Source: an uncultured Gemmatimonadales bacterium (lineage in GTDB: Bacteria; Gemmatimonadota; Gemmatimonadetes; Longimicrobiales; RSA9). Taken from it: a stretch of 64,000 nt of DNA. Below, piece after piece: positions 45,886-57,634 of the stretch. Numbering within the stretch: the stretch's first letter is position 1; each line of letters opens with the position of its first letter. The notes under the pieces are model-generated. The model did not search any database and was not told the origin of the DNA. It was given only the letters and a program-made list of their open reading frames with translations. The position numbers and the translations under genes were made by a program. Location of the stretch: positions 128,001-192,000 of the forward strand of contig CAVUKA010000003.1 of NCBI GenBank assembly GCA_963741945.1, in the 5' to 3' direction.

Positions 45886-48510
45886 TCAAGCGACTCCGTC
45901 CTCGGCGCCCGGCGCGGGGCGGGACACGACGAACTCGAGGCGATCGCCCCCCGGCGCCACGTCCCCCCGAACCGTGGCGCCATCGGGGATGTCCTCCTCC
46001 AGGAGACGCAGCGCCAGCGGGTTCTGCACCAGCCGCTGCACGGCACGCTTCAGTGGACGCGCGCCGAACGCCGGATCGTACCCGTCCCTGGCCACCAGCG
46101 CCTTCGCGGCATCGCTGAGCTCCAGCGAGATGTGCCGCTCCGCCAGCAGCTGCTCCACGCGCCGGAGCTGGAGCTCGACGATGCGCGCCAGCTCCTCCTC
46201 GCCCAGTGGGCGGAAGACGATCACGTCGTCCACGCGGTTCAGGAACTCCGGCCGGAAATCCCGGCGCAGCTCGGCCATGACGTGCGCTTCGGTGCCACTC
46301 CAGTCCTCGCCCGAGTGCTCCAGGATGTAATGACTCCCCAGGTTCGAAGTCATGATCACGACCACGTTGCGGAAGTCCACCGTTCGACCCTGGCTGTCCG
46401 TCAGCCGCCCATCGTCCAGGATCTGGAGCAGCACGTTGAACACGTCCGGGTGCGCCTTCTCGATCTCGTCGAAAAGCACCACGCTGTACGGACGACGCCG
46501 CACCTGCTCCGTGAGCTGCCCCCCTTCCTCGTAGCCCACATAGCCGGGGGGCGCACCGATGAGCCGCGCCACGGCATGCTTCTCCATGTACTCGGACATG
46601 TCGATCCGGACCATGGCATCCTCGTCGTCGAACAGGAACTCCGCGAGCGCCCGGGCCGTTTCAGTCTTCCCCACCCCCGTGGGCCCGAGAAAGATGAAAC
46701 TGCCGATCGGGCGGTCCGGGTCCTGTAACCCTGCCCGGCTCCGCCGAACGGCGTCCGACACGGCCCGGAGCGCGGGCGCCTGGCCCACCACACGCGCGCC
46801 CAGGAGCGTCTCGAGCTGCCGTAGCCGCTGTCGCTCGGTCTCCATCATCCGGCTCACGGGGATCCCCGTCCAGCGCGATACCACCCCGGCGATGTCCTCC
46901 GCGTCCACCTCCTCCTTCAGGAACTGGTTCTCGGACTGCAGCGCCTCCAGCCGCGATTCCGCCTCGTCGAGCTCCCGCTGCGCCTGCGGGATCTCACCGT
47001 ACTGGATCTCGGCGGCCCGGCTCAGGTCGCCCGTGCGCGTGGCCCGCTCCGCTTCCACCCTGAGCTCGTCGATCCGCTCCTTCAGCGCCCGGATCCGCGC
47101 GATCCGGTCCTTCTCGCCCTGCCACTGCGCCTTCATGCCGCTCGCCTCCTCCCGCAGCTCGGCGAGCTCGTGCCCGATGGCTTCACGACGCTGGACCGCT
47201 TCGCGGTCCTCCTCCCGGCTCATCGCCTGCTTCTCGATCTCGAGCTGCGTGATCCGCCGCTCCACTTCATCGATCTCCTGCGGCAGACTGTCGATCTCGA
47301 TGCGCAGTCGGCTCGCCGCCTCGTCCACCAGGTCGATGGCCTTGTCCGGCAGGAATCGCCCCCCGATGTAGCGGTCGCTCAGCCGAGCCGCGGCGATCAG
47401 CGCGGCGTCCGTGATCCGGACGCCATGGTGCACTTCGTAGCGCTCGTTCAACCCCCGCAGGATGGCGATCGTGTCCTCCACGCTCGGCTCGCCCACGTAC
47501 ACCGGCTGGAACCGCCGCTCCAGCGCCGCGTCCTTTTCGATGTGCTTGCGGTACTCGTCCAGCGTGGTGGCCCCCACGACGTGGAGTTCGCCCCGGGCCA
47601 GCGGCGGCTTGATCATGTTGCCGGCGTCCACCGCTCCTTCCGCGCCGCCGGCACCCACCAGCGTATGGAGCTCATCGATGAAGACCACGAAGCGCCCTTC
47701 CGCTTCCGTCAGCTCCTTCAGCACCGCCTTGAACCGCTCCTCGAACTCGCCGCGGTACTTGGCACCGGCCACCATGGCGCTGATGTCCAGCTGCAGCAGC
47801 GCCTTCTCCTTCAGGCTCTCCGGGACATCCCCGCTCACCATCCGCTGGGCCAGTCCTTCCACGATCGCCGTCTTGCCGACGCCGGGCTCGCCGATGAGGA
47901 CGGGGTTGTTCTTCGTACGCCGGCTCAGCACCTGGATCACCCGGCGGATCTCTTCATCCCGACCGATCACCGGATCCAGTTTCCCCTGCCGCGCCAGTGC
48001 CGTCAGATCCCGGCTGAACCGCTCCAGCGCCCGGTACTTCTGCTCCGGCTCCTGGTCCGTCACGCGGTGCGGACCGCGAACGGACTCCAACGCTCGCCCG
48101 AGCGCCTCGTGTGTCGCACCCTCACCCTCCAGGAGCTCCTTCGCCGTGCTTCCCTTCTGCGCGGACAGCGCCAGCAGCAGGTGCTCGGTCGAGACATACT
48201 CGTCACCAAGAGTCCGGGCCTCCTCCTCCGAGCGGTCCAGAACCTGGTTCAGCTCACGGCTCACAGTGGGACGCACACTTCCGGTCTGTTTCGGAAGCCG
48301 CTCCAGCGCCCCCGCCAGCCGCTCGCGCGTCCGCGCCACGTTCAGTCCCACCTTGTGGAGGATCGGCACCACCACCGTCTCCTCCTGCTCCAACAGCGCG
48401 CTCAGCAGGTGAACGTCCTCCAGCGTCGGGTTTCCGCGACGCTGCGCGTCCGATGACGCCGCCTGGATCGCCTCTCCCGCCTTTATCGTCAGTCGATCTG
48501 AATTCAGCAT
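45886..48510 (-). CDS. clpB: ATP-dependent chaperone ClpB
   Basis: Start ATG 48510; two AAA modules ([16 protein letters not shown]), a long coiled-coil M domain, GYVGYEEGG and FGARPLKR. Confidence 0.97.
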   Translation of the reverse strand: MLNSDRLTIKAGEAIQAASSDAQRRGNPTLEDVHLLSALLEQEETVVVPILHKVGLNVARTRERLAGALERLPKQTGSVRPTVSRELNQVLDRSEEEARTLGDEYVSTEHLLLALSAQKGSTAKELLEGEGATHEALGRALESVRGPHRVTDQEPEQKYRALERFSRDLTALARQGKLDPVIGRDEEIRRVIQVLSRRTKNNPVLIGEPGVGKTAIVEGLAQRMVSGDVPESLKEKALLQLDISAMVAGAKYRGEFEERFKAVLKELTEAEGRFVVFIDELHTLVGAGGAEGAVDAGNMIKPPLARGELHVVGATTLDEYRKHIEKDAALERRFQPVYVGEPSVEDTIAILRGLNERYEVHHGVRITDAALIAAARLSDRYIGGRFLPDKAIDLVDEAASRLRIEIDSLPQEIDEVERRITQLEIEKQAMSREEDREAVQRREAIGHELAELREEASGMKAQWQGEKDRIARIRALKERIDELRVEAERATRTGDLSRAAEIQYGEIPQAQRELDEAESRLEALQSENQFLKEEVDAEDIAGVVSRWTGIPVSRMMETERQRLRQLETLLGARVVGQAPALRAVSDAVRRSRAGLQDPDRPIGSFIFLGPTGVGKTETARALAEFLFDDEDAMVRIDMSEYMEKHAVARLIGAPPGYVGYEEGGQLTEQVRRRPYSVVLFDEIEKAHPDVFNVLLQILDDGRLTDSQGRTVDFRNVVVIMTSNLGSHYILEHSGEDWSGTEAHVMAELRRDFRPEFLNRVDDVIVFRPLGEEELARIVELQLRRVEQLLAERHISLELSDAAKALVARDGYDPAFGARPLKRAVQRLVQNPLALRLLEEDIPDGATVRGDVAPGGDRLEFVVSRPAPGAEDGVA

Positions 48511-48772
48511 TCCGTCCCCACTGAACCGCAAGGTGCGCCGGCGCGCGGACCGGATCCCCCGATGGCGCAGCGGCAGTTTCGCTTCTCTCTGCTCCGGTAC
48601 ACAACGCGTGCCGCCTGGCGCTGCCGATACGGCAGAGCCCTGGCGGCGCAGAGATGGCCCGAGCGCCGCCCCGTCGCCGACCGGTCGTGCCGGCTGTGCT
48701 GAAGCCGCCGCATCGGTATCTTGTCTCGGGCAGGTTTCGAGCGCACTGCGGTGGAGCCATGAGCGAGAAAGC

Positions 48773-49303
48773 GTGAGACGGCGAGTTCGAGGGAACCGGG
48801 CGCTTCCGACGGCTGGCTGGGCCGCGGGGCTGCTTTGCATCCTGGCAATGTCCGGTTGCCACGGCGGCGAAGCGGGGACGTCCGCCACCCGACTGGACCC
48901 ATCGGAGTTCGTGGACATCATGGTAGAGCTGCGCGCGGCCGAGCGTGCGCTCCAGCCATCCGACAGCACCGTCGCGACGTTCGAGGAGCGGAAGCAGGAG
49001 ATCCTGTCCCGGCACCACGTCACGGAAGCCGATGTGCGCCGGTTCATGGAAGTGCACGCGGGTGATCTTCAGCTGATGGCCGAGGTCTGGGACTCCATCA
49101 CGCAGCAGCTCCGGTATGCGCGGGGGGATTCCGCGGCTGTGGGCCCGCTGAGCGCACCGGCCCCCTCCGGCCGGACGCAGACCGGCCCACCGCCCCGGCC
49201 GGACAGTGTCTCCCCGGATTCCACCCCCGTATCGCCATCAGGCCAGGCGCGGCGCAGAACGGGCTCTGTACCGGCAGGACGGGTACGGACGTTGCACCAG
49301 TGA
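48773..49303 (+). CDS. Hypothetical lipoprotein (DUF4296-like)
   Basis: Probable GTG 48773, lipobox MSG-C, helical FVDIMVEL...ILSRHHVT...VWDSI core and a Pro-rich tail. Start uncertain. Confidence 0.65.
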   Translation: MRRRVRGNRALPTAGWAAGLLCILAMSGCHGGEAGTSATRLDPSEFVDIMVELRAAERALQPSDSTVATFEERKQEILSRHHVTEADVRRFMEVHAGDLQLMAEVWDSITQQLRYARGDSAAVGPLSAPAPSGRTQTGPPPRPDSVSPDSTPVSPSGQARRRTGSVPAGRVRTLHQ

Positions 49304-49346
49304 ACCTCTCGGGAAACGCAACGGAAGCGCGACCGAGGGAACCATC

Positions 49347-49559
49347 GTGCTGGAACACAAGGAAGGGAGCTGCACGGGAAACTGGCGCCTCACCGGCAGC
49401 GGTGAGAGCCGCATGATCGTATGCGACCGCTGCCGCGCGGAGTTCCACCCCACGCCGGAGAACCGGTTGGCGGCCATTGATGAGAACTACGCGGGCATCT
49501 ACCTCCGGCGCCTCACGGCGGAGGGAGGGACCCAGCGAGGCGACCGCGACGTGGCCTGA
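49347..49559 (+). CDS. Hypothetical 70-aa protein, possible Zn-binding
   Basis: GAGGGA RBS before GTG 49347; H-x4-C...C-x2-C pattern. Confidence 0.55.
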   Translation: MLEHKEGSCTGNWRLTGSGESRMIVCDRCRAEFHPTPENRLAAIDENYAGIYLRRLTAEGGTQRGDRDVA

Positions 49560-49565
49560 CCGGCC

Positions 49566-51116
49566 TCACTCCCACTCGATCGTGGCCGGAGGCTTCGAAC
49601 TGACGTCGTAGGTCACCCGGTTCACGCCCGCCACCTCGTTGATGATGCGGTTCGAGATCCGTCCGAGCACGTCGGGAGGGAACGGGAACCAGTCCGCGGT
49701 CATGCCATCGCGGCTCGTCACCGCCCTGAGCGCGATGACGTGGTCATACGTCCGGTAGTCGCCCATCACTCCCACGCTCCGTACCGGCAGCAGCACCGCG
49801 AACGCCTGCCAGATGTCGTCATAGAGGTCGGCGGCCCGGATCTCCTCCAGGTAGACGGCGTCCGCCTCCCGCAGGACCGCGAGGCGCTCCCGCGTGATCT
49901 CGCCCAGGATCCGGACCGCCAGCCCCGGACCGGGGAAGGGATGCCGGCCCACCAGCTCCTCCGGCAACCCCAGCTCACGCCCCACGTTCCGCACTTCGTC
50001 CTTGAACAGCTCCCGCAGCGGCTCGATCAGCTCCAGGTTCATGTCCTTCGGCAGCCCGCCCACATTGTGGTGCGTCTTGATCACGGCCGACGGGCCCCGC
50101 ACGGACTGGGATTCGATGACATCCGGGTAGAGCGTCCCCTGAACCAGGTAGCGTGCGCTCCGACCCAGGTCTGCCGCCGCTCTCTCGAACACCCGGATGA
50201 AGCGCTCCCCGATCACCCGGCGCTTTGCCTCCGGGTCGGTCACACCGTCCAGTCGCCCCAGGAACTCGTCCGATGCGTCCACCACCTCCAGGCGGATGCC
50301 GAGGTGACGGCGGAACGTGCGCTCCACGCCATCCCGCTCCCCTTTCCGGAGCAGTCCCGTGTCCACGAAAATCGCCGTCAGCTGATCGCCGATCGCCCTG
50401 TGCACCAGCGCAGCCGCCACGGAGGAGTCCACCCCGCCGGAGAGACCGCAGATCACGGTCGCCGAGCCGACCTGCTCGCGGATGCCGTCCACGTGGGTGT
50501 CGATGAACGAACCCGGCGTCCAGGTCGGCTCGCAGTCGCAGATCCGGAACAGGAAGTTCGAGAGGATCTGGTCGCCGCGCGGCGTGTGTGCCACCTCCGG
50601 GTGGAACTGGACGCCATACAGCTGCCGCGACGCGGACCGGAACGCGGCCACCGGGAGCGACTCCGTGGTCCCCGTGGTCTCGTATCCTGAAGGCGGCTCG
50701 TCCACGTGATCCCCGTGGCTCATCCAGACCGTGATCCGCTCGTCGGGATCGAAGCCGTGGAACAGTCCCGTGCTCTCCAGGATCCGCATCTCGGCCCGGC
50801 CGTATTCCCGCCGCCCCGGCTGGACCCGGGCGCCGTGGGCCTGCGCCACGAGCTGCATCCCGTAGCAGATGCCGAGCACGGGCACCCCCAGCTCGAGCAG
50901 GCCGGGATCGAGGCTGGGACCGGCGCTGTCGTACACGGACGCGGGGCCGCCCGAGAGGATGATTCCGCGCGGACGCCAGTCCTTCACGTCGTTCAGCGAA
51001 AGCGTGGGCGGGTGAATCTCGCAGTATACGCGCTCCTCCCGGATCCGCCGGGCGATCAGCTGCGTGAACTGCGAGCCGTAGTCCAGGATCAGGATCCGGT
51101 TTTCGGTGCCATTCAT
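49566..51116 (-). CDS. guaA: GMP synthase (glutamine-hydrolysing)
   Basis: [39 protein letters not shown] and KPPATIEWE motifs. Confidence 0.98.
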   Translation of the reverse strand: MNGTENRILILDYGSQFTQLIARRIREERVYCEIHPPTLSLNDVKDWRPRGIILSGGPASVYDSAGPSLDPGLLELGVPVLGICYGMQLVAQAHGARVQPGRREYGRAEMRILESTGLFHGFDPDERITVWMSHGDHVDEPPSGYETTGTTESLPVAAFRSASRQLYGVQFHPEVAHTPRGDQILSNFLFRICDCEPTWTPGSFIDTHVDGIREQVGSATVICGLSGGVDSSVAAALVHRAIGDQLTAIFVDTGLLRKGERDGVERTFRRHLGIRLEVVDASDEFLGRLDGVTDPEAKRRVIGERFIRVFERAAADLGRSARYLVQGTLYPDVIESQSVRGPSAVIKTHHNVGGLPKDMNLELIEPLRELFKDEVRNVGRELGLPEELVGRHPFPGPGLAVRILGEITRERLAVLREADAVYLEEIRAADLYDDIWQAFAVLLPVRSVGVMGDYRTYDHVIALRAVTSRDGMTADWFPFPPDVLGRISNRIINEVAGVNRVTYDVSSKPPATIEWE

Positions 51117-52375
51117 TCGATCAGCAGGTTCTCCTCGCCTTGGATGAGGTCACGGTAGCTCTCTCGCTGCCGGATCAGCCGGGCCGCTCCGCCGTCCACC
51201 AGCACTTCCGCCGGCCGCGGACGCGCGTTGTACGTGGACGCCATGGAGAATCCGTACGCGCCCACGGTGTGGATCGCCAGCACCTCACCGGGCTCCGGCA
51301 CCGCCATGACGCGGTCCAGGGCGAGAAAGTCTCCAGACTCGCAGATCGGGCCCACCACGTCCACCCGCGCCTGCGGGCGCTCCGCCGCCCCGTCCACCCG
51401 CTGCACCCGGTGGAAGCTCGCGTAGTGGCTCGGCCGGAGCAGGTCGTTCATGCCGGCGTCCGTGATCACGAACGTCTTGCCGCCGCTCTGCTTAACGTAC
51501 AGCACCCGTGTCAGCAGCACCCCTGCGTGGCCGGTCACGTATCGCCCCGGCTCCAGGATCAGGCGCAGCTCACTCGTCGCGAGGTGAGGGACGATCCGAT
51601 CCGCGAACTCCGCCGGATCCGGGTCCTGCTCCTGGTCGTAGGCCACCCCGAATCCACCGCCGAGATCCAGCAGCTTCAGCCGGATGCCGTGGTGGGCCAG
51701 GTCGTCCACGAGATCCAGCAGGTGCAGCAGCGACTGACGGTATGGCTCCGGATCCAGGATCTGGCTGCCGATGTGGGCGTCGATCCCCACCGGATCGAGG
51801 CCGGGCAGCTCCGCCGCAATGCGGTAGAGTCGGCGGGCATCCTCGCTCGGGATCCCGAATTTCGTGCTGCGGTGACCCGTCCGCGTGTAGGCGTGCGGCG
51901 TCGGGCTCTCGATGTCCGGATTGATGCGCAGCGACACGGGCGCCGTACGGCCCATCGTCGCGGCCACGGAGGCCAGGAGATGCAGCTCCCCCTCGCTCTC
52001 CACGTTGAAGCACAGGATCCCGACGCCCAGCGCGGCCGCCAGCTCCGCTCGCGTCTTCCCTACCCCGCTGAACACGATGCGATCGGGCGGGATTCCCGCC
52101 CGCAGCGCACGCTGAAGCTCGCCACCGCTCACGATGTCCGCGCCGCATCCAGCCTGCCCCAGCAGCCGCAGGATCGACAGGTTTCCGTTCGCCTTCACGC
52201 TGTACGCGATCAGGCGGTCGAGCGGTCGGAACGCCGCGTCCAGCGCCGCCAGCCGATCGAGCATGCTCCTGCGGCTGTATACGTACAGCGGCGTTCCATG
52301 CTCCGCCGCCAGCTCGCCCAGCGGTACCTGCTCGCAATGGAGCCGGTGCTCGCGGAAAGTGAAGTTGCCGGGCAC
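51113..52375 (-). CDS. lysA: Diaminopimelate decarboxylase
   Basis: [37 protein letters not shown] and GAYG motifs. Confidence 0.96.
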   Translation of the reverse strand: MPGNFTFREHRLHCEQVPLGELAAEHGTPLYVYSRRSMLDRLAALDAAFRPLDRLIAYSVKANGNLSILRLLGQAGCGADIVSGGELQRALRAGIPPDRIVFSGVGKTRAELAAALGVGILCFNVESEGELHLLASVAATMGRTAPVSLRINPDIESPTPHAYTRTGHRSTKFGIPSEDARRLYRIAAELPGLDPVGIDAHIGSQILDPEPYRQSLLHLLDLVDDLAHHGIRLKLLDLGGGFGVAYDQEQDPDPAEFADRIVPHLATSELRLILEPGRYVTGHAGVLLTRVLYVKQSGGKTFVITDAGMNDLLRPSHYASFHRVQRVDGAAERPQARVDVVGPICESGDFLALDRVMAVPEPGEVLAIHTVGAYGFSMASTYNARPRPAEVLVDGGAARLIRQRESYRDLIQGEENLLIE

Positions 52376-52381
52376 CGCCCG

Positions 52382-53881
52382 TCAGTACGCGCGGGCCCAG
52401 ACTGCTTCGTGCTTCGCGTCACCGCCACATACCAGGCACCGCTCCGGAGGCGTCTCCGACCGGTACCGCTCCCCCGGCAGCACCCGGATCGTGGCCTTCG
52501 TCTCCTCCTTCACCTTCGCCTCGCACTCCTCCGACCCGCACCAGCCGCCGAAAAAGAAGCCGCCCTTCTCGTCGAGCAGCGACCTGAATTCGTCATAATC
52601 CGTCACGCGGTGCGACGCCGCTTCCATGCGCCCACGGGCGCGGTCCAGCAGCATCTGCTGGATCTCGTCCAGGAAAACGGGAATCCGCCGGATCCCTTCC
52701 TCTTCGCCGAGGAACTCCTTGCGGTCCGCCCCCTCCGCGAGCACGCGGGGCACCAGCACGAGCTGCTGCTTCGCCACGTCGCGTGGACCGATCTCCACGC
52801 GCAGCGGCACGCCCTTGCGCTCCCATTCGTAGTACTTCGCGCCAGGCGAAAGATGGTCGCGCAGGTCGATGTGCACACGCACGTCTCGCTCGCGCAGCGC
52901 GCCCGCGACCTGCTCCGACTTCGCCGTCACCAGCGTGCGCTGCTCGTCACTCTTCCAGATGGGCGTGATCACCACCTGGTACGGCGCCAGCCGAGGCGGC
53001 AGGACCACGCCGGCGTCGTCGCCGTGGGTCATCACCAGGCCACCCACGAGACGCGTGCTCACGCCCCAGGACGTGTTCCACGCGTACTCCCAGTCCCCAC
53101 TCTCCGCCTGGAACTTCAGGTCGAACTGCCGGGAGAAGTTCTGGCCCAGCATGTGGCTCGTCCCCGCCTGGAGCGCCTTGTTGTCCTGCATCAGCGCTTC
53201 CAGGCCGTAGGTGTAGTCCCCGCCCGGGAACTTCTCCGACTCGGTCTTCTTCCCCGTGATCACGGGCATGGCCATCCAGTCCTCCATGAAGGACCGGTAC
53301 ACGCCCAGGATGGTCTTCGCCTCTTGCTCGGCTTCCGAACGCGTGGCGTGCGCCGTGTGCCCTTCCTGCCACAGGAACTCGGCCGTCCGCAGGAAGAGCC
53401 GGGTCCGCATCTCCCACCGCACCACGTTCGCCCACTGGTTTATCAGGATCGGCAGGTCGCGATAGCTCTGCACCCAGCGCGAGTACGCGTCATAGATGAT
53501 CGTCTCCGACGTGGGGCGCACCACGAGCGGCTCTTCCAGCTTCGACTCGGGATCCGGGATCAGCCCGCCCTCCCCGTCGGAGATCAGCCGCGTGTGCGTG
53601 ACCAGCGCCATCTCCTTGGCGAAGCCCTCGACGTGCTTCGCCTCCCGCGCGATGTAGCTCAGGGGAATGAAGAGAGGGAAATACGCGTTCTGGTGCCCCG
53701 TCGCCTTGAACTTGTCGTCGAGGGCGCGCTGCATGTTCTCCCAAACTGCGTACCCCCACGGGCGGATCACCATGCTCCCGCGCACCGGGGAGTAGTCCGC
53801 CAGCTCTGCCCGGAGGACCACCTCGTTGTACCAGCTCGAGAAGTCTTCCGCCCTGGGCGTCAGCCCCTTTTCCTCAGCCAT
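52382..53881 (-). CDS. proS: Proline--tRNA ligase (archaeal/eukaryote-like type)
   Basis: VRPTSET, QWANVVRWE, FLRTAEFLWQEGHT and QAGTSH motifs; C-terminal Cys-containing domain ending ARAY; no INS editing domain. Start 53881 or 53887. Confidence 0.96.
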   Translation of the reverse strand: MAEEKGLTPRAEDFSSWYNEVVLRAELADYSPVRGSMVIRPWGYAVWENMQRALDDKFKATGHQNAYFPLFIPLSYIAREAKHVEGFAKEMALVTHTRLISDGEGGLIPDPESKLEEPLVVRPTSETIIYDAYSRWVQSYRDLPILINQWANVVRWEMRTRLFLRTAEFLWQEGHTAHATRSEAEQEAKTILGVYRSFMEDWMAMPVITGKKTESEKFPGGDYTYGLEALMQDNKALQAGTSHMLGQNFSRQFDLKFQAESGDWEYAWNTSWGVSTRLVGGLVMTHGDDAGVVLPPRLAPYQVVITPIWKSDEQRTLVTAKSEQVAGALRERDVRVHIDLRDHLSPGAKYYEWERKGVPLRVEIGPRDVAKQQLVLVPRVLAEGADRKEFLGEEEGIRRIPVFLDEIQQMLLDRARGRMEAASHRVTDYDEFRSLLDEKGGFFFGGWCGSEECEAKVKEETKATIRVLPGERYRSETPPERCLVCGGDAKHEAVWARAY

Positions 53882-53919
53882 GGCCATCCGTCGTTTGATC
53901 CATTGTCCGATTCCCGCCC

Positions 53920-54171
53920 TCAGTCCGCTTCGTTCCCGTTCCGCCTGCGTCCGGGAAGCAGGTGCACGAGAGCCGGGACCAGCACCAGCAGCGCGCTCAG
54001 CGTCAGCCACGTGCGAAGGAACGGCATCCCTGCACCCATCAGGAACCAGGCGACGAGGGCACCACCTCCCAGCGCGGCTACGGCGACGCCACCCCAGATC
54101 GCGGCGAGAATCCAGTCGAGCCGGCGGAGAAGGCGTCGCCGGTCCCGATCGTGCTCCTCCCCGGGCCTCAT
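53920..54171 (-). CDS. Hypothetical small 2-TM membrane protein
   Basis: 83 aa with two hydrophobic helices; ATGA overlap with the hisS stop. Confidence 0.65.
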   Translation of the reverse strand: MRPGEEHDRDRRRLLRRLDWILAAIWGGVAVAALGGGALVAWFLMGAGMPFLRTWLTLSALLVLVPALVHLLPGRRRNGNEAD

Positions 54172-55442
54172 GCGCCCAGCTCGTCCAGCGCGACCTCCCG
54201 CTCTTCGCCGGTGGCCATCGAGCGTACGACGCCCACGCCCCGCTCCACTTCCGATGGGCCCAGCACGATCGTCTCGCGGGCGCCCCGCGTATCCGCGTCC
54301 TTGAACTGCTTCCCTACGCCCGTCTGCCGGAGCGTGTACGTCACCGAGTGCCCACGGGAGCGCAGCGCTCGCGCAAGGCGCCGCATGATCGGCCGCTCCT
54401 CCGCGGTGATCGTGACGATGCAGTAGTCCGGCCCGTCCACGGTATCCGGCAGGAGTCCGCGCTCGCGAAGGAGCTCCCCGAGCACGACATCGCCCATGCC
54501 GAAGCCCACGGCGGGCAGCGACAGGTCGCTCACCGCGGCGAGCAGGTCGTCGTAGCGCCCGCCCCCGCAGATGGCCCGCAGCTCGCCCTGCCGGTCGAAG
54601 ATCTCGAACACGGTCCCCGTGTAGTACGCCAGCCCTCGGACGATGGTGGGGTCGAACCGGACGTGCCCCGCCCAGCCGAGGTCGTCCAGCAGGCCGAAGT
54701 ACTCACGCAGGCGGGCGACATCGGCCGCGAGCGCTTCGTCGCCGGCGGAGAGGGCGGCCAGACCTTCCAGGTCGTGGCGGAGGACGTCGAGCACGCGCTC
54801 GGCCACGTCCGGCGCGAGCCCCACCGACTCCCGCATCCGGCGGCGAGTCTCCTGCTCGTCCTCCCGGCTCATCTTGTCGATGGCTGCGTACGCGGCGCCC
54901 AGGCGGTCGTGCGGCACGCCGGCGCCCGTGAGGACGCGCTCGAGCACGCGCCGGTCGTTGACACGCGCGACCACGTCCTCCGCCGTGAGCCCGAGCGCGG
55001 CGAGGGAGTCCAGGGCCACCGAGAGGACTTCCGCATCCGCGGCCACGTCCGCTTCACCGATGATGTCGGCATTCCACTGGAAGTGCTCGCGCAGCCGGCC
55101 ACGCTGCGTGCGCTCGTACCGGAACAGCTGCGGGATCGTGAACCATCGGATCGGCTTCGGCAGCGCGCGCCCGCGCTCGCCCACCATCCGGGCGAGGGTC
55201 GGGGTCATCTCGGGGCGGAGAGCCACCGCCCGACCACCCTTGTCCTCGAAGCTGTAGAGCTGATCGACGATCTCCTCGCCGCTCTTCTCGACGTACAGCT
55301 CCAATGGCTCGAGAGGCGGGCCGTCGTATTCCTCGAAGCCGTACTTCCGGGCCGTGGCCCGCCACGCCGAGACAATGTGGTGCCGGGCCGCGTAGTCGGC
55401 CGGGAAGAAATCGCGGAAACCTGGGAGACTCTGGAACGCCAT
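54168..55442 (-). CDS. hisS: Histidine--tRNA ligase
   Basis: LRPEMTP, FRYERTQRGRLREH, VRGLAYYTG and GGGRYD motifs. Confidence 0.97.
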   Translation of the reverse strand: MAFQSLPGFRDFFPADYAARHHIVSAWRATARKYGFEEYDGPPLEPLELYVEKSGEEIVDQLYSFEDKGGRAVALRPEMTPTLARMVGERGRALPKPIRWFTIPQLFRYERTQRGRLREHFQWNADIIGEADVAADAEVLSVALDSLAALGLTAEDVVARVNDRRVLERVLTGAGVPHDRLGAAYAAIDKMSREDEQETRRRMRESVGLAPDVAERVLDVLRHDLEGLAALSAGDEALAADVARLREYFGLLDDLGWAGHVRFDPTIVRGLAYYTGTVFEIFDRQGELRAICGGGRYDDLLAAVSDLSLPAVGFGMGDVVLGELLRERGLLPDTVDGPDYCIVTITAEERPIMRRLARALRSRGHSVTYTLRQTGVGKQFKDADTRGARETIVLGPSEVERGVGVVRSMATGEEREVALDELGA

Positions 55443-55451
55443 CGGGCGAAC

Positions 55452-56768
55452 CTATCCCGCGCCCGCCGGGCGCTGCAACCCCGCGTCGGGCACGAACGGC
55501 ACGATCCCCAACTCCCGCATGGCGTCTCCCACAGTGTGCACGGACCCGGTGCAGACCACCGTCCCCCTTCCGGCCGCGGCCGCGGCCGCCGCGAGCGCCG
55601 CCGCGAACGGGCGAACCACTTCCACGCCGGTGGGCGTCCCGAGGCGGCTCACCACGGCGGCCGGGTCCCAGCGACGCTCCGCTGGAGCGGACGGCGGCTC
55701 CACGAGGAGCGCCGTGTCCGCCAGTTCGAACAGCGGGGGAAGCATGCGGTCCCAGTCCTTGTCCCCCAGGATGCCCACGAGCGCCACGAGCGGCCGGGGC
55801 AGGTGCAGGTCCGAGAGCGCCGTGACGAGCGACTCCATTCCGGGCGCGTTGTGGGCCACATCGAACACCCACGTGGTGGCACCCACCCGTTCCACCTGCA
55901 GCCGGCCGGGCCAGCGGGTGGCGGCCACGCCCTCGATCAGCGCCTGCCGGTCGGGCCGCAGCCGCTCGGGCAGAAGCTCCAGCGCCCGAACGGCCACGGC
56001 CAGGTTGGTTGCCTGGTGACGGCCCGCCAGCGGGACGCGCAACGAGAGCTCGCCCCATGCCGTATCCACCACGGCCGTGGTCCCGCGCACGTCCACCTCC
56101 ACCGTCTTTGGCGTCACCCGGTGAAACGGGGCGCTCTCTTCCGCCGCACGCGCCTCCAGCACGGCCAGGACCTCCGGATCGATCTCGCCCGTCACGACGG
56201 CGACGCCGGGCTTGATGATCCCGGCCTTCTCACCGGCAATCGTGCGCGGGTCATCGCCCAGGTACTGCGCGTGATCCATGCCCACGTTCGTGATCACCGA
56301 AACCTCCGGAGTGATCACGTTCGTGGAATCCAGCCGCCCCCCCATCCCCACTTCCACTACGGCCACGTCCACGGACTGGCGCTGCAGGGCGAGGAACGCG
56401 ATCACTGTCGCGGCCTCGAAGAAGGAGGGCTCCTCCTCCTCGATGCGGGGCCAGAGCGCTTCCGCGGCCTCCAGCAGCGCCGCTCGCGAGATCGGACGGC
56501 CGTCCACCTGGATGCGCTCGCGGAAGTCCACCAGGTGCGGTGACGTGTACAGCCCCGTGCGCAGTCCCCGACGCCGCAGGACCGACGCCATGATCGCCGC
56601 GACCGAGCCCTTCCCGTTGGTGCCGCCGATATGGATGGAAGGATACGTCGTGTGCGGATCGCCGACGCTGGCGAGCATGCTTCGCGTCCGGTCCAGCCCC
56701 CATCGGATTCCACCCCGGAGGCGGGGGAACAGCGTCTCGAGAAGGACGCCGTACGAGAGCTCGGTCAA
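55452..56768 (-). CDS. folC: Folylpolyglutamate/dihydrofolate synthase
   Basis: [38 protein letters not shown] and DVAHN motifs; TTG start. Confidence 0.95.
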   Translation of the reverse strand: MTELSYGVLLETLFPRLRGGIRWGLDRTRSMLASVGDPHTTYPSIHIGGTNGKGSVAAIMASVLRRRGLRTGLYTSPHLVDFRERIQVDGRPISRAALLEAAEALWPRIEEEEPSFFEAATVIAFLALQRQSVDVAVVEVGMGGRLDSTNVITPEVSVITNVGMDHAQYLGDDPRTIAGEKAGIIKPGVAVVTGEIDPEVLAVLEARAAEESAPFHRVTPKTVEVDVRGTTAVVDTAWGELSLRVPLAGRHQATNLAVAVRALELLPERLRPDRQALIEGVAATRWPGRLQVERVGATTWVFDVAHNAPGMESLVTALSDLHLPRPLVALVGILGDKDWDRMLPPLFELADTALLVEPPSAPAERRWDPAAVVSRLGTPTGVEVVRPFAAALAAAAAAAGRGTVVCTGSVHTVGDAMRELGIVPFVPDAGLQRPAGAG

Positions 56769-57634
56769 GCGGGTTCCGCCGCTTCGGACGGAGGCAATCC
56801 GAGCAGATGGCGAAGGTAGCCCGCCACCCGGCCCTTCATGGCGCGCCGGTCCACGATCGCGTCCACCATTCCGTGCTCCAGCAGGAATTCCGCGCGCTGG
56901 AACCCTTCCGGCAGCTCCTGCCGGATCGTCTGCTCGATCACGCGCGGTCCCGCGAAACCGATGAGGGCGCCCGGCTCCGCGAGGTTCACGTCCCCGAGCA
57001 TCGCGAACGAGGCCGTGACGCCGCCCGTGGTGGGATTGGTCATGATGGAGATGTACGGCAATCCCGCCTCGTGCAGTCGGGCCAGCGCGCCTGAGGTCTT
57101 GGCCATCTGCATGAGCGAGAGGATCCCCTCCATCATGCGGGCGCCGCCCGATGCGCTCACCACGATCAGCGGCTCCGCCTCCGCCCGAGCTCGCCGGGCC
57201 GCCCGCGTGATCTTCTCGCCCACGACCGAGCCCATGCTGCCGCCGATGAACGCGAAATCCATTACCGCGACATCGACGGGGATACCCTCGAGGCGGCCAT
57301 GGCCCGTGATCACCGCCTCATTCCGCCCCGTCTTCCGCTCCGCGCTCCGCAGCCGCTCCGGGTACCCTTTCAGGTCCCGAAATCCCAGCGGGTCACCGCT
57401 CCGCATCGCCTCGTCCGCCTCCGTGAACGTGCCCTCGTCCAGCAGAAGGTCCACGTAGTCGACCGCCTCGATTCGGTGGTGGTGACCGCACGCCGGACAC
57501 ACGAACAGATTCTGCGCCAGCCGGTTACGGTACAGGATCTCCCCGCACTCCGGGCACTTGTCGAAGACATCGCTCGGCAGCTCGCGCTTGTCCGCGGAAG
57601 TGAGCTTCTGCTTTTCCTTCCGGAACCAGGCCAT
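56765..57634 (-). CDS. accD: Acetyl-CoA carboxylase carboxyltransferase beta subunit
   Basis: Start ATG 57634 (MAWFRK); Zn ribbon CPEC...[24 protein letters not shown] and [11 protein letters not shown]. Confidence 0.96.
   Translation of the reverse strand: MAWFRKEKQKLTSADKRELPSDVFDKCPECGEILYRNRLAQNLFVCPACGHHHRIEAVDYVDLLLDEGTFTEADEAMRSGDPLGFRDLKGYPERLRSAERKTGRNEAVITGHGRLEGIPVDVAVMDFAFIGGSMGSVVGEKITRAARRARAEAEPLIVVSASGGARMMEGILSLMQMAKTSGALARLHEAGLPYISIMTNPTTGGVTASFAMLGDVNLAEPGALIGFAGPRVIEQTIRQELPEGFQRAEFLLEHGMVDAIVDRRAMKGRVAGYLRHLLGLPPSEAAEPA

Noticed and set aside
48511-49047. N-terminal extension of ClpB, and a heat-shock operator upstream of clpB
   Set aside because: ClpB homology begins at MLNSDRLT (48510) and the extension overlaps a plus-strand lipoprotein gene; no CIRCE- or HAIR-like inverted repeat was seen.
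52382-53881. Archaeal/eukaryote-type ProRS as evidence of recent horizontal transfer
   Set aside because: This type is widespread in several bacterial phyla and sits here in a core operon with ordinary codon style.
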